Shown here piece after piece: positions 6,830 to 16,459 of a DNA stretch of 64,000 nt. Within the stretch, counting starts at the first letter, position 1, and each line of letters starts with the position of its first letter. Position numbers and translations under genes: made by a program. Below the pieces are notes generated by a model that searched no databases, had not been told where the DNA came from, and saw only the letters and a program-made list of their open reading frames with translations. Source of the stretch: an uncultured Bacteroidales bacterium (lineage in GTDB: Bacteria; Bacteroidota; Bacteroidia; Bacteroidales; GCA-2748055); the NCBI GenBank assembly GCA_963809925.1, contig CAWELH010000007.1:98347-162346 (forward strand), in the 5' to 3' direction.

Positions 6830-8692
6830 TCAGCTAACGATCAGGATAGGAATCTTTACTTTGTGCCGAACCGTATCAACGGTGGTGCCAAACACGATAT
6901 CTTTAAATCCCTTGTGCCCATGCTCTCCCATAACCAGCAAGTCGATATCCAGGCTTGATGTTATTTTCGCTATTTCGGTAGCTGCACTCCCAAATCCAAT
7001 TTGGATGTTAACCTTATACCCCAGCTCCTTCAGCTTGTCCTGATATTTAACCAGACTTTCATGGTCAAGCTGGGTTTCATAATCCATCGTATTTGCCCCA
7101 AGATAGCGGGCTGCTGCGCTTTCCACAACATGGATAAACGTGTATACTGCCGCTTTACCACCCTGATTTATGGCGCTTTTTATAATCTGTTGATCGTGAC
7201 CAGAGAAATCAATAGCCATGGCAATATGATTATAGGAGACCGATTCGATATCCGCAAAATCCACCGCCTGCCCGTGGGGCAGCTGGGTCCTTTTCAGTGC
7301 GGCAGAAACCACAAACGGATGAACAAAAACATAAACCAGAAGTGCCAGGCAGGCCAGCGCCACGGGAATGACGAAAGAATATATAAGATACTTATGACTC
7401 CCTGCGGCAGAGATCCATCCAAATATTTCGTCATAAACCAGGTGGATATTCAGGTAAACGATGATGGTTGCACTCAGCCATGCCAGGATCTTTACCCATG
7501 TTTTTATGGTGAATCCTTTCATCAGTTTTTTATCAGAATTAAAATGGATGAGCGGGATAACGGCAAATCCCAATTGTAAGCTTAAAACCACCTGGCTTAG
7601 TATCAACAGGCTTCCCAGCGCCTCATTACCAAAATAAATAATGGTAAACAAGGCGGGAATTATCGCCAGGAGGCGTGTGATCAACCTTCGCAACCAGGGT
7701 TGAATTCTCAGATTCAGGTGGCCTTCCATCACAATTTGTCCGGCCAGGGTCCCGGTAATGGTAGAACTTTGGCCCGAAGCAATCAGAGCAATAGCGAAAA
7801 AGGTAGGCGCCGCCTTTCCAAATAAATTTTGCAATAAATCGGAAGCATCCTGAATTTCGGCAACATGAAAGTATCCATTGACATAGAAGGCTGCAGCAGC
7901 GAGCACTAAAATCGCCGCATTTACAAAAAATGCCAGGTTGAGAGCGATGGTGGTATCGAAAAGATTCATTTTAATGGCATTTTTCATTCCTTTCGGGGTA
8001 CGGTCAAATTTCCTGGTTTGAACCAACGAAGAATGCAAATACAAATTATGAGGCATCACCGTCGCTCCAATAATTCCAATGGCTATATACAGGGCATCAC
8101 CACTTAATTTTGAGGGAACGAAGCCCTGGATAAGATCGCCATATTCGGGCGATACAATGAACATTTCGATCAGGAATGAGAAACCTATGATAAATACCAG
8201 GGAGACAATAAATACTTCCATGGTCCGCATGCCTTTTTTCAGGAGGAAAAGCAACAATATGGTATCCAGGGCAGTCAGGCTTATACCCCATATCAACGGA
8301 AGTCCGAATAGCAGGTTAAGTCCGATAGCCATCCCCACAATCTCAGCCAGGTCGCAGGCGGCAATGGCTATTTCGGCTAAAATGTACAAAGGAATGTTCG
8401 CCCATTTGGGATAGGCATTTTTCGATGCCTGCGCAAGGTCCATGCCTCTTACGATACCCAGCCGTGCACTCAGCGACTGCAACAGTACGGCGATAAGGTT
8501 GGACATCAGCAATACCCAGATCAGTTTATACCCGAATTCAGACCCTCCGGCAATGTCTGTTGCCCAGTTCCCCGGATCCATATACCCCACGCTAACCAAA
8601 TAAGCGGGTCCTAAAAAGGCTAAGATTTTTCTCCACCCTTTCTTATCTGTCCGGACTGTTGAGTGTACTTCACTTAATGATTCTGATTTCAT
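6830..8692 (-). CDS. mntH: Nramp-family divalent metal transporter fused to a C-terminal universal stress protein domain
   Basis: GPAYLVSVGYMDPGNWATDIAGG and multiple TM helices (Nramp). The last ~150 aa are USP-like (IAMAIDFSGHD, LLVMGEHGHKGFKDIVFGTTVDTVRHKVKIPILIV). ATG at 8692; the track's TTG at 8698 is an alternative start. Confidence 0.9.
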   Translation of the reverse strand: MKSESLSEVHSTVRTDKKGWRKILAFLGPAYLVSVGYMDPGNWATDIAGGSEFGYKLIWVLLMSNLIAVLLQSLSARLGIVRGMDLAQASKNAYPKWANIPLYILAEIAIAACDLAEIVGMAIGLNLLFGLPLIWGISLTALDTILLLFLLKKGMRTMEVFIVSLVFIIGFSFLIEMFIVSPEYGDLIQGFVPSKLSGDALYIAIGIIGATVMPHNLYLHSSLVQTRKFDRTPKGMKNAIKMNLFDTTIALNLAFFVNAAILVLAAAAFYVNGYFHVAEIQDASDLLQNLFGKAAPTFFAIALIASGQSSTITGTLAGQIVMEGHLNLRIQPWLRRLITRLLAIIPALFTIIYFGNEALGSLLILSQVVLSLQLGFAVIPLIHFNSDKKLMKGFTIKTWVKILAWLSATIIVYLNIHLVYDEIFGWISAAGSHKYLIYSFVIPVALACLALLVYVFVHPFVVSAALKRTQLPHGQAVDFADIESVSYNHIAMAIDFSGHDQQIIKSAINQGGKAAVYTFIHVVESAAARYLGANTMDYETQLDHESLVKYQDKLKELGYKVNIQIGFGSAATEIAKITSSLDIDLLVMGEHGHKGFKDIVFGTTVDTVRHKVKIPILIVS

Positions 8693-8715
8693 TTGCAATG
8701 ATTCTGTTTGGATTT

Positions 8716-8723
8716 CAAATGTA
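8716..8723 (-). promoter_or_regulatory. -7 box TACATTTG for mntH
   Basis: Perfect TAnnTTTG on the minus strand, 23 nt upstream of the mntH ATG. Confidence 0.45.
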
Positions 8724-8734
8724 GAAATAAATTC

Positions 8735-8748
8735 TTAGAGTATTCTAA
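8735..8748. promoter_or_regulatory. Candidate DtxR/MntR-family operator, palindrome TTAGAGTATTCTAA
   Basis: Perfect 5-4-5 inverted repeat between two divergent -7 boxes. Its TTAG..CTAA half-sites resemble DtxR-family operators. Confidence 0.4.
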
Positions 8749-8770
8749 CATAATTGTAAGGTAAATTGTT

Positions 8771-8778
8771 TAATTTTG
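8771..8778 (+). promoter_or_regulatory. -7 box TAATTTTG for the DtxR/MntR-like gene
   Basis: Perfect TAnnTTTG, 18 nt upstream of the ATG at 8797. It overlaps the track's TTG start at 8776, which argues for the ATG. Confidence 0.45.
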
Positions 8779-8796
8779 ATCCCAAACGAAAATAGT

Positions 8797-9465
8797 ATGC
8801 CCTCGCAAGCAGAAGAAAATTATCTGAAATCGATCTACTTACTTGCCGAAAAAACCGGCGAAGTGAGTGTATCCGGATTAAGCAGTCTGCTGAATGTAAG
8901 CCTGCCCACGGTAAACAGCATGGTGAAGAGTTTGAAAAAGCAAAGCCTGGTAAATTATGAAAAATACAAACCCATCTCGCTTACGGTAAAAGGAAAGCAG
9001 GAAGCAGCCCGGGTTCTCAGAAAACACAGGTTAACGGAAATGTATCTTGTTAATAAGATGGGATTTGGCTGGGAGGAAGTGCATGAGATTGCAGAACAAC
9101 TCGAACACATCAACTCACCGGTCCTCTTTGACAGGATGGATGAGCTGATGGCCTTTCCGAAGATTGATCCGCATGGTTCGCCCATTCCTGACAAAGATGG
9201 CGAAATATCATCCCTCTCACGCATAAAACTAAGTGATTGCAAGGAAGGTGAAAAAGTGACCCTGGTTGCGATTGCAAATTCAAAAAATGAATTTTTAAAA
9301 TTTCTGGACAGCCGGGATCTAAGTCTTGGAACAAAACTCGAGGTGCTGTCCGTTGAACCTTTTGACAGCAGCATGACGGTCAGCTACAACGGCCATCCTT
9401 CTGAAGTGCTGTCCCTGATCGTATCAGACAGCCTGCTGGTTGAATACCGGAGACCAGCGAATTGA
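8797..9465 (+). CDS. DtxR/MntR-family metal-dependent transcriptional regulator with C-terminal FeoA/SH3-like domain
   Basis: SQAEENYLKSIYLL, winged-helix segment, HRLTEMYL, EVHEIAEQLEHI (metal-site region). C-terminal KEGEKVTLVAI..LSLGTKLEVL is FeoA-like. Divergent from mntH. Confidence 0.85.
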   Translation: MPSQAEENYLKSIYLLAEKTGEVSVSGLSSLLNVSLPTVNSMVKSLKKQSLVNYEKYKPISLTVKGKQEAARVLRKHRLTEMYLVNKMGFGWEEVHEIAEQLEHINSPVLFDRMDELMAFPKIDPHGSPIPDKDGEISSLSRIKLSDCKEGEKVTLVAIANSKNEFLKFLDSRDLSLGTKLEVLSVEPFDSSMTVSYNGHPSEVLSLIVSDSLLVEYRRPAN

Positions 9466-9512
9466 AGTATGTCTCATCGGAAAGAATCAGGGGGCGAAAG
9501 ACCGGAGGTAAA

Positions 9513-9692
9513 TCAAAAATTCAAATGACTCCTGAACGCCCTGTCCACAATCGGATTCACGATTACCGACGGCAGCCCGAGCGTTTCAACAGCCCTTTTG
9601 CAGGATGCCGGGAAGTCATCCTGCCCACTGGTATAGCAAGCCTTAACAACCACATCGATGCGCAGAATATGGATCTTGTCGGTGAGTTTCAT
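9513..9692 (-). CDS. Possible 59-aa ORF (MKLTDKIHILRIDVVVKACYTSGQDDFPASCKRAVETLGLPSVIVNPIVDRAFRSHLNF)
   Basis: Hand-translated. Just below the track's 60-aa cut-off. Co-directional with and 54 nt downstream of the serine hydrolase gene. No motif recognised. Confidence 0.3.
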   Translation of the reverse strand: MKLTDKIHILRIDVVVKACYTSGQDDFPASCKRAVETLGLPSVIVNPIVDRAFRSHLNF

Positions 9693-9746
9693 GATGGAGG
9701 GTTTTCAGGTTGTTCGATGGTGCGAATATGCAGCAAAAGCAGGTTC

Positions 9747-11153
9747 CTATTTTTTGCCGGTAAACGAAGGCAAAATATACTTCACCATCAGGTCCGCCAC
9801 GCCGGAATCCCGGTTATAATTCCCGCCATTAAAGATCGTGATCAGGTTCAGATCTTTCCAGATGTATGCCTTCTGTCCGCCATTGCCCGTAGCAAGGATG
9901 GCATCAAAACGTTTACCTTCGCAGTAAAGATAAGGCATCCACCACAAATATCCATAATCCGTCCCATCCAGTGACGAATGTGGAGTCGTGGATTCATCCA
10001 ACCATTTTTCCGGCACGATCTGCTGCCCCTTCCAGCGACCATGATTCTGTACCATGAGCATACATTTGGCTACATCTCTCGGTCGCAGGTATAGCTGGCA
10101 GAATGTTTCGGCGCTCGAACTATCGGGATTGAAATTCCATCTGAAACCCGTAATGCCCATTGGTCCAAACAGGCGGTCGGAGGAAAAGCTCCTGAGATCC
10201 TGTCCTGTTGCCTTTTCAATGATCCTGCCCAACACGATCACCCCACCGGAACAGTACCGTGCCGTGTCACCGGGAGGATGGTCGACAGGCAGGTCGAGGA
10301 TAAACTTCACCCAGTCGCCCTGCCGGCCCATGGTACTCTCATTGCCGGGTGAATCCATATCCCAGTCATCGCAGGCCCATCCGGAAGTCTGTGTAAGAAG
10401 GTGTCGGATGGTGATGCTGTCTTTCCATGGTGAAGGATTCCGGAATGAAGGGTATTCTGTGAAACTGCCGTACACCTTTGCTTCCGTTCCTTCAATACTC
10501 CCTTCATCGATGGCGATCCCTGCGAGCATACTGACATAACTCTTCGTTGCCGACCTCATCTGGTGAGGCCGGTCCGCATCATAACCGTAGAAATATTCTT
10601 CGGCAATGAGCTTACCTTCGTAGAGGATAAGAATGCTGTGGATATCGGTGTATTGTTCATCCAGTATGGCATTGATCATTTTTTCGTAGAGTGCCTTGTT
10701 CAATGGACTGTCTGCAATATCACCGGTGAGCAGACCATCGTTCCTGCCGGCAGGCCGCTGATACACATAATGTTTCCCTTGTAGTGCAAGACGTGGGTAC
10801 CACATTTCCACCGGGAAATGAACCTCATCGGTAATCAGTTTCATCACTTCTTCATCCTCACCTTCACGGAATCCGTCAATCTTCCCGTCACGATTGCGGA
10901 TAAAGACGACTTTTGTATCGGCCACATTCAGAAAAACATCCCCCGAAACCCTGTGCAAAGGGTATTTCGCACCGCCTAAGAGCGCCCACAGCATTCCGGT
11001 ATCCCTCGGCGTCGAGGCAATTTCAACCCGAGTATTTCCGTGGTATTCATAGATCCCTTCGTACACTTTCAGCGGGGAAGCGATCTGCTCCGCGGACTGT
11101 GTAAATCCGCAGACCTGTGTGGTGAGAAGTAAGAACAGAAGAGGAGACTTCAT
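9747..11153 (-). CDS. Serine hydrolase, beta-lactamase/PBP4*-like family
   Basis: Signal peptide from the internal ATG (MKSPLLFLLLTTQVCGFTQS). S-x-x-K motif in MRSATKSYVSMLAGIAI. Confidence 0.8.
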   Translation of the reverse strand: MKSPLLFLLLTTQVCGFTQSAEQIASPLKVYEGIYEYHGNTRVEIASTPRDTGMLWALLGGAKYPLHRVSGDVFLNVADTKVVFIRNRDGKIDGFREGEDEEVMKLITDEVHFPVEMWYPRLALQGKHYVYQRPAGRNDGLLTGDIADSPLNKALYEKMINAILDEQYTDIHSILILYEGKLIAEEYFYGYDADRPHQMRSATKSYVSMLAGIAIDEGSIEGTEAKVYGSFTEYPSFRNPSPWKDSITIRHLLTQTSGWACDDWDMDSPGNESTMGRQGDWVKFILDLPVDHPPGDTARYCSGGVIVLGRIIEKATGQDLRSFSSDRLFGPMGITGFRWNFNPDSSSAETFCQLYLRPRDVAKCMLMVQNHGRWKGQQIVPEKWLDESTTPHSSLDGTDYGYLWWMPYLYCEGKRFDAILATGNGGQKAYIWKDLNLITIFNGGNYNRDSGVADLMVKYILPSFTGKK

Positions 11154-11312
11154 AATTTTGTATTTAATCTTTATTCCGGAAAAACGATGGTTTTGATATT
11201 TATGAAGATAACAACAAAAAAGGATGCGTGTCAATGCCAACCGGATTTTATGCGGGGTGCCGCATGAACAATGTCCTTAAGTTAGCACTTACCGGTACCC
11301 CTTTTGGATTCG

Positions 11313-11696
11313 TTAGTACATCGTATTTCCGTTCTCGGTATGTTCCGGGACCTGTTGAACAGCATCCCAATGTTCAACGATCTTTCCGTTTACATCGAAG
11401 CGGAAAAAGTCCATGGTAATATACTGGTCATTTCCCGGCCACACCTGGTGGGTATGAAGGGCAACCAAATCACCCTCCGCCACTCCCCGTACAAAGCGTA
11501 TCGACTTCTCCGGGTATTCGTCTGCCATCCGTTCAAAATAAGCGATGAAGGCTTCCTTTCCGTTTCCCACACCCGGATTGTGCTGGATGTACTCATCGCC
11601 GACATACAATTCGACGGCTTTTCGCGGATTCCCCCCGAATGCCATCCTGTAATAGGCAATGGCGTTTTCTTTGTTTTTAGTGAGATCTTGTTTCAT
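11313..11696 (-). CDS. SnoaL-like / NTF2-superfamily protein
   Basis: 127 aa. NKENAIAYYRMAF, YIQHNP, DFFRFDVNGKIVEHWD pattern typical of SnoaL-like cyclase-fold proteins. Confidence 0.7.
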   Translation of the reverse strand: MKQDLTKNKENAIAYYRMAFGGNPRKAVELYVGDEYIQHNPGVGNGKEAFIAYFERMADEYPEKSIRFVRGVAEGDLVALHTHQVWPGNDQYITMDFFRFDVNGKIVEHWDAVQQVPEHTENGNTMY

Positions 11697-11789
11697 GGCT
11701 GATTAGGTTAAATTTAACTTGTATGCACCTAATATAGGCGACAATATGTCTGGCATTCTACGTTGTAAAGAACTCCAAAACAATACTCT

Positions 11790-12611
11790 TTACTTCCTGA
11801 GTAGTTCTGCAATACGTTTTCCAAATTCCAATCCCAATTCAAGTTGTCCGGCAGAGGAATAGTGAATACTGTCTCCCCACTTTTCGAGAGCCCCTGTATT
11901 CAATAAAAAAATATTCGGAATTTCCAGCGAAATTTTTTCCTGGGCAGAGACAACCGTGTCAACAGCAGGGTACATGGATACCGGAGGATTGATCCTGCCA
12001 TAAACTACAGGCAGATCGGGAGAATCCAGGTCCCTTCGTATGGCGTTGATGAACAACTTAAAATTTTGAAAATAGTTTACGCCTGCTTCGGGAATCCGGG
12101 CATCCCTTTCACCCTGCATCCATACCAGTCCTACCTTTTTAACTTTCAGATCTTTCGTTACACTATAAATTTTCGTCAACAGTGAATCGTACAAATTTCC
12201 AAATTCCGGATGACCTGTAATTTCCGCATTTCGCGAAGTATATTTGGGTGACCAGTCAAGCAATGAAGAGCCGCTTACGGCATATTTTAAGATGATAAAT
12301 TTTTTTCGGGGGAAATTTTCTTTTAACTCCCTGGATATGCCATATTCGGGTCCAAATTTACTGCTGTCAATCCCGAATGTTGTGCCCATACCATAATTAA
12401 AATAATAGATATTTTTAAATCTGTTTCTCTCCAGGATATCCTCAATTTTTCCCTGTCCCACCATATTGGATTGTCCGGCCAGGAGGATTAAATAATATGA
12501 TTCATGTTCATTGATCTTTTCGGGATTACCGTATTTTATGATAGGCTGGTCAGCACAACCAAATGCAAAAATCATTACGAGGAGAATAGAATTCAACGGT
12601 TTTTTCTTCAT
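11790..12611 (-). CDS. Sialate O-acetylesterase-like (SASA/DUF303) carbohydrate esterase
   Basis: Lipoprotein signal (IFAFGC). LLAGQSNMVGQG and VWMQGERDA motifs. Confidence 0.75.
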   Translation of the reverse strand: MKKKPLNSILLVMIFAFGCADQPIIKYGNPEKINEHESYYLILLAGQSNMVGQGKIEDILERNRFKNIYYFNYGMGTTFGIDSSKFGPEYGISRELKENFPRKKFIILKYAVSGSSLLDWSPKYTSRNAEITGHPEFGNLYDSLLTKIYSVTKDLKVKKVGLVWMQGERDARIPEAGVNYFQNFKLFINAIRRDLDSPDLPVVYGRINPPVSMYPAVDTVVSAQEKISLEIPNIFLLNTGALEKWGDSIHYSSAGQLELGLEFGKRIAELLRK

Positions 12612-12757
12612 AGTTTACACGTTGTTGATCAGGTGTTTTTTGCTAAATATTTGATTGTATGCTAATTAACAGCACAGTGCCGTGCAAGGATGTCGAACGA
12701 TATTCTACACTGGCTTCGTTATGTTTCAACGCAGGAAGTTCAATTTACATGTAAATG

Positions 12758-14098
12758 CTATTTTAGCGTTGTGTCATGAACATCAGTGGCACTCTTTTTA
12801 TCGGAGACTGCTATTTTCGCAGCATAAATTGCACTTCCCGTGACATTCCGTCTGATATTATAACCATACCAGGTGCCTACGGCGTTGCTGCTGCCATCTG
12901 TAGATACAAACAGATAGCCGTTCACGTATGAAAGAGAATAGCCGTAATTGCCGTTCGTTAATTTCAGGGATTTCACATACGTGCCTGTTAAATCATAAAC
13001 ATATACGGTTCCATTCGAAGCATCCCAGGTATAAATATAATCGGGACCAACGGCAACATTTACGTTATTACCGTTTGTAGTGCCGGAATTTAAGCCTTCT
13101 ATTGTATTTACCAGGGAACCATCCGAAAATTGATACTGCTTCAAGGTGCCTGCATTAAATGCATAAAGATATTGTCCGTCATCACTCATGGCAACGGTTG
13201 ACTGGAGATTATCAAACAAATCCGGAAGTATTTTTGTAAAAGCCCCGGTCGCCAGATTCGTGATTTTATAAATGTTTCTTGCAGTCGTATTTTCAAAGCC
13301 TGAAGTGTATAAAAATCCGTCTGCCTTATTATACATTAATCCCCGCATATCCAATGCAATTGGATAAGAGGTAACAGAATCTCCTGAAAGGGTAAACTTA
13401 TCAATTCTTCCTGCATTATAATTGCCCCCATTGCAGGTATAATAATAATTGCCATCCGAGGCAATATGCATATTGTGATAATCAATTTTGTCCTTAATAA
13501 TAATCCTTAAAATCGGATCATGCAATGCTACGAGTTCATTACCTGTTACTACGTCTTTCCAGGCTGGCATCCCATTCATTATGGTTAATACCTGTCCCTC
13601 ATCGCCCGCTGGCAAAGCCATCCACTCATTACCATTGTAAAGCAGCATATCACCGGAATTCGCTGGCGCTGATATTTGTACTACATTTGTCGGTAAAATG
13701 GATGATTTTGCGTACAGGGCATACGGAACGCTTAACAGCTGAGTTGTTCCACTGATTGTATAACCAGTACCTCCTGCCGGATCGATCTCCGTTTTAATAT
13801 AGTATGGACCTGCGCTCCAGTCAATGTTTTCAAATACGCCGGTCACCACAGTTCCACCACCAATTTCAAGGGTTGTCAGACCATTTTCATTGGTTGTGGC
13901 CTGGTGGGTTTCTACATATACTGCAGCGCCAAATTCCGATGCTTGTAAAATCTGGATCCTGATGCCAACATTGCTGCTTTTAGACAGGTCTCCATTTGCA
14001 TTTCTGATAACCGCCTGGTAACTTATTTTTTCAGGTGCCTGTGCAAACATGTATGCAAATAACAATAAAAAACTATACGTAGAGATTAATCTTTTCAT
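12758..14098 (-). CDS. Secreted surface protein: N-terminal ISYQAVIRN-type domain + repeat-rich beta-propeller-like C-terminus
   Basis: Signal peptide. PEKISYQAVIRNANGDL..VGIRIQILQ, GQVLTIMNGMPAWKD. C-terminal half has recurring YYYTCNGG / LYTSGF / YLYAFNAG / YVYD / YLFVSTDG blades. Confidence 0.55.
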   Translation of the reverse strand: MKRLISTYSFLLLFAYMFAQAPEKISYQAVIRNANGDLSKSSNVGIRIQILQASEFGAAVYVETHQATTNENGLTTLEIGGGTVVTGVFENIDWSAGPYYIKTEIDPAGGTGYTISGTTQLLSVPYALYAKSSILPTNVVQISAPANSGDMLLYNGNEWMALPAGDEGQVLTIMNGMPAWKDVVTGNELVALHDPILRIIIKDKIDYHNMHIASDGNYYYTCNGGNYNAGRIDKFTLSGDSVTSYPIALDMRGLMYNKADGFLYTSGFENTTARNIYKITNLATGAFTKILPDLFDNLQSTVAMSDDGQYLYAFNAGTLKQYQFSDGSLVNTIEGLNSGTTNGNNVNVAVGPDYIYTWDASNGTVYVYDLTGTYVKSLKLTNGNYGYSLSYVNGYLFVSTDGSSNAVGTWYGYNIRRNVTGSAIYAAKIAVSDKKSATDVHDTTLK

Positions 14099-14104
14099 GA
14101 CGGA

Positions 14105-14584
14105 TTAGTTTTTAATGATTTTGAAAATCTTAACTACCTTCATATGGTCTCTCACCTGAAGAAAATAGGTGGATGACGGATCGTGTTGCAATGAAATACT
14201 GGTTTCCGTATTTTCTATGGCTCTTTCATCGAGTATCTTGCCATTTATATCCATTAACATATATGAAAGCTTCTCAAGCCTATCCCCTTGTATTTTCAAT
14301 ATCAGCATATCCGTTGCAGGATTTGGATATGCCACACAATTGAGGAGGATATCTTTCTCAGTTTCATTTCCGGTTTCAACAAGTATTTCGTACGGCTGCT
14401 GAACTCCCGGAAATACAGCACCATCGCTGCCAGTGGATGAAACATATACGGTTTGTCCTACCGTAAAACTCACAGAACCGCCGGCGCCATCTGATTCCCC
14501 ACCGGCCGTAGATGTTGCCTGCTGCCCAAAACAAAAGGCTTCGCCACAAACGAGAAGTAATATACATTCCCCTATTCTTATCAT
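14105..14584 (-). CDS. Small T9SS C-terminal-sorting-domain protein
   Basis: Signal peptide. GVQQPYEI. C-terminal NCVAYPNPATDMLILKI...TYFLQV...KIIKN matches the type-A T9SS CTD pattern. Confidence 0.65.
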   Translation of the reverse strand: MIRIGECILLLVCGEAFCFGQQATSTAGGESDGAGGSVSFTVGQTVYVSSTGSDGAVFPGVQQPYEILVETGNETEKDILLNCVAYPNPATDMLILKIQGDRLEKLSYMLMDINGKILDERAIENTETSISLQHDPSSTYFLQVRDHMKVVKIFKIIKN

Positions 14585-14890
14585 GATTTACAAATTTTAA
14601 GTTTTGAAAATACACAAATCAGAACCTGTGGTGTGACCCTAAACAGCTAACTTTCGGATCGTAAAGTTCTTAACAAGAAAAGAAGTACTTGGTTTATGAT
14701 TTTCCGGAAAAAAAATTTATTCAGACGGTGTAGGGAAATACGTAAATAGAAGTCGGGGACTACAATAAAGATAATATGAAATTGCTACAAAAACCACAAA
14801 TCATCTGTCCGGCTGCCCCTGTACTTTTCAATGGCTGACGGGTAGTGAATGAGGTTTTTGTAACCCAAATGATCTTTAGACTGTGATATT

Positions 14891-16441
14891 TTACCAGCCC
14901 GGGTTCTGTTTCAGTGATCCCCTTGAAAGGTTGATTTCTGACAGGGGTATTGGCAGGTATTCGTTTTTCCCTTTCTTGAAGTTAGGGAGTATGGCTACAA
15001 TATCTACCCATGAATCCTCCAGCTCGCTCCAACGAACCAGGTCGAAGAAACGGAGCCATTCAAACCCCAGTTCAACTTCCCTTTCATGCATGATCGCTGC
15101 CCTGGTTACCTCCGTAATTTCCTCGAGTCCGGCCCTTCTTCTTACCTTGTTTATACATTCAACGCCAAGGGGAGTGCTAACTTCGCCGTTTCTCATGAAA
15201 TCAGCTTCTGCCATCATCAACAATACATCGGCATACCGCATTAGTTTTAGGTTCGTCGGGCCGTTATTGCTAATATGTGCAGGATTGAAGTATTTGGCCC
15301 ATCCGAATCCTTCACTGATGGCACTGTTCATATTGGCACCGTTACTCCATGGTACAGGCGGATTTGATGAGTCAATGTAGTAGATCGTATCTCCGGGTTC
15401 ATAAAACATAACATAGCGTCGGGGATCACAACTCAGACCCGCCGGGTGATTTGTCGTGGTTTCGAACCTGTCACGGTACACTTTGGTGGGGGCAAGGTTT
15501 TTATACCCATCCGGACCGAAGTACAGGGCTGTCAGAGACCCGTCAGCCTGCCATCCGCCGTCCCATATCTGCCAACCTCCATAGTTGAACTGGATTTCGA
15601 AAATAGATTCTTTGTTATTTTCGGAATCATACACATTTCCGGTGGGTGTGGTAAGGTCAAGCGCTGAGAAGTTCGCCTGGTATGCATAACAATAGTCAAG
15701 TGAATCTTTTCCTTTTGGCATCAGGAGGCCGTAAACACCACTGGTTTCCAGATCGAGTACCTGTTGGAAGTAGAATGCCGCACTGTCATATTGCTGAAAA
15801 TACAGGTAGGTTTTCCCCATGTAGGCCAGTGCTGCACCTTTTGTAGCCCGGCCAAGGTTGGAATCATCCCATTTTTCAGGTAATCCTTCGATGGCATTTT
15901 TCAAATCGCTGACAATGGAATTTTTAAATTCCAACCGTGTAGAATTTTTCAGCTGTATGTCAAGATCGTCGATCAATTCCAGAACCAACGGGGGGTCATT
16001 GTAGATCGTCGTCAGGTAAAAGTTATATAATGCCCGAAGGAAATAAACCTGTGCGAGCAATACTTGCTTTTCATTTTCATCCATGACAATGGGAGGAATT
16101 TTATTGAGCGCCAGGTTGCACCTGAAATTGCCTTTAAACAGGTAGGTATAAATATCAGAAACATCACTGTTGGATGTATTGAAGGAGAAGTTATTTATAG
16201 CTGTAGCTTCGTTAACGGAATGATCGGAGAAGGCAGTAAATAAATAGAAGAATTTCGTGTTGATAGAATGCATTTTGAGGGGATCGTAACAGGAAGTAAC
16301 CGTCTGAATGGCATCGGAAGCATCCTTATAGAAACTGTCTTCAGTTATCCGGTCCTTCGGCTGGATATCAAGGAAATTATCACAAGAACCAGCCAGCATC
16401 AGTAAAGCGGATATGCATGTATATCTGAATAGTGATTTCAT
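14891..16441 (-). CDS. susD: SusD/RagB-family nutrient-binding outer-membrane lipoprotein
   Basis: Lipoprotein signal (LMLAGSC). Size and TPR-like N-terminal half. Lies 18 nt downstream of the SusC-like gene. Confidence 0.85.
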   Translation of the reverse strand: MKSLFRYTCISALLMLAGSCDNFLDIQPKDRITEDSFYKDASDAIQTVTSCYDPLKMHSINTKFFYLFTAFSDHSVNEATAINNFSFNTSNSDVSDIYTYLFKGNFRCNLALNKIPPIVMDENEKQVLLAQVYFLRALYNFYLTTIYNDPPLVLELIDDLDIQLKNSTRLEFKNSIVSDLKNAIEGLPEKWDDSNLGRATKGAALAYMGKTYLYFQQYDSAAFYFQQVLDLETSGVYGLLMPKGKDSLDYCYAYQANFSALDLTTPTGNVYDSENNKESIFEIQFNYGGWQIWDGGWQADGSLTALYFGPDGYKNLAPTKVYRDRFETTTNHPAGLSCDPRRYVMFYEPGDTIYYIDSSNPPVPWSNGANMNSAISEGFGWAKYFNPAHISNNGPTNLKLMRYADVLLMMAEADFMRNGEVSTPLGVECINKVRRRAGLEEITEVTRAAIMHEREVELGFEWLRFFDLVRWSELEDSWVDIVAILPNFKKGKNEYLPIPLSEINLSRGSLKQNPGW

Positions 16442-16459
16442 TGGATCGAATGTATTTGG

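Noticed and set aside
9462-9974. 170-aa plus-strand ORF between the MntR-like gene and the serine hydrolase
   Set aside because: The second half is antisense to the hydrolase C-terminus. The first half is Arg/Gly/His-rich with no motif. The minus-strand 59-aa ORF fits the operon direction better, though it is also weak.
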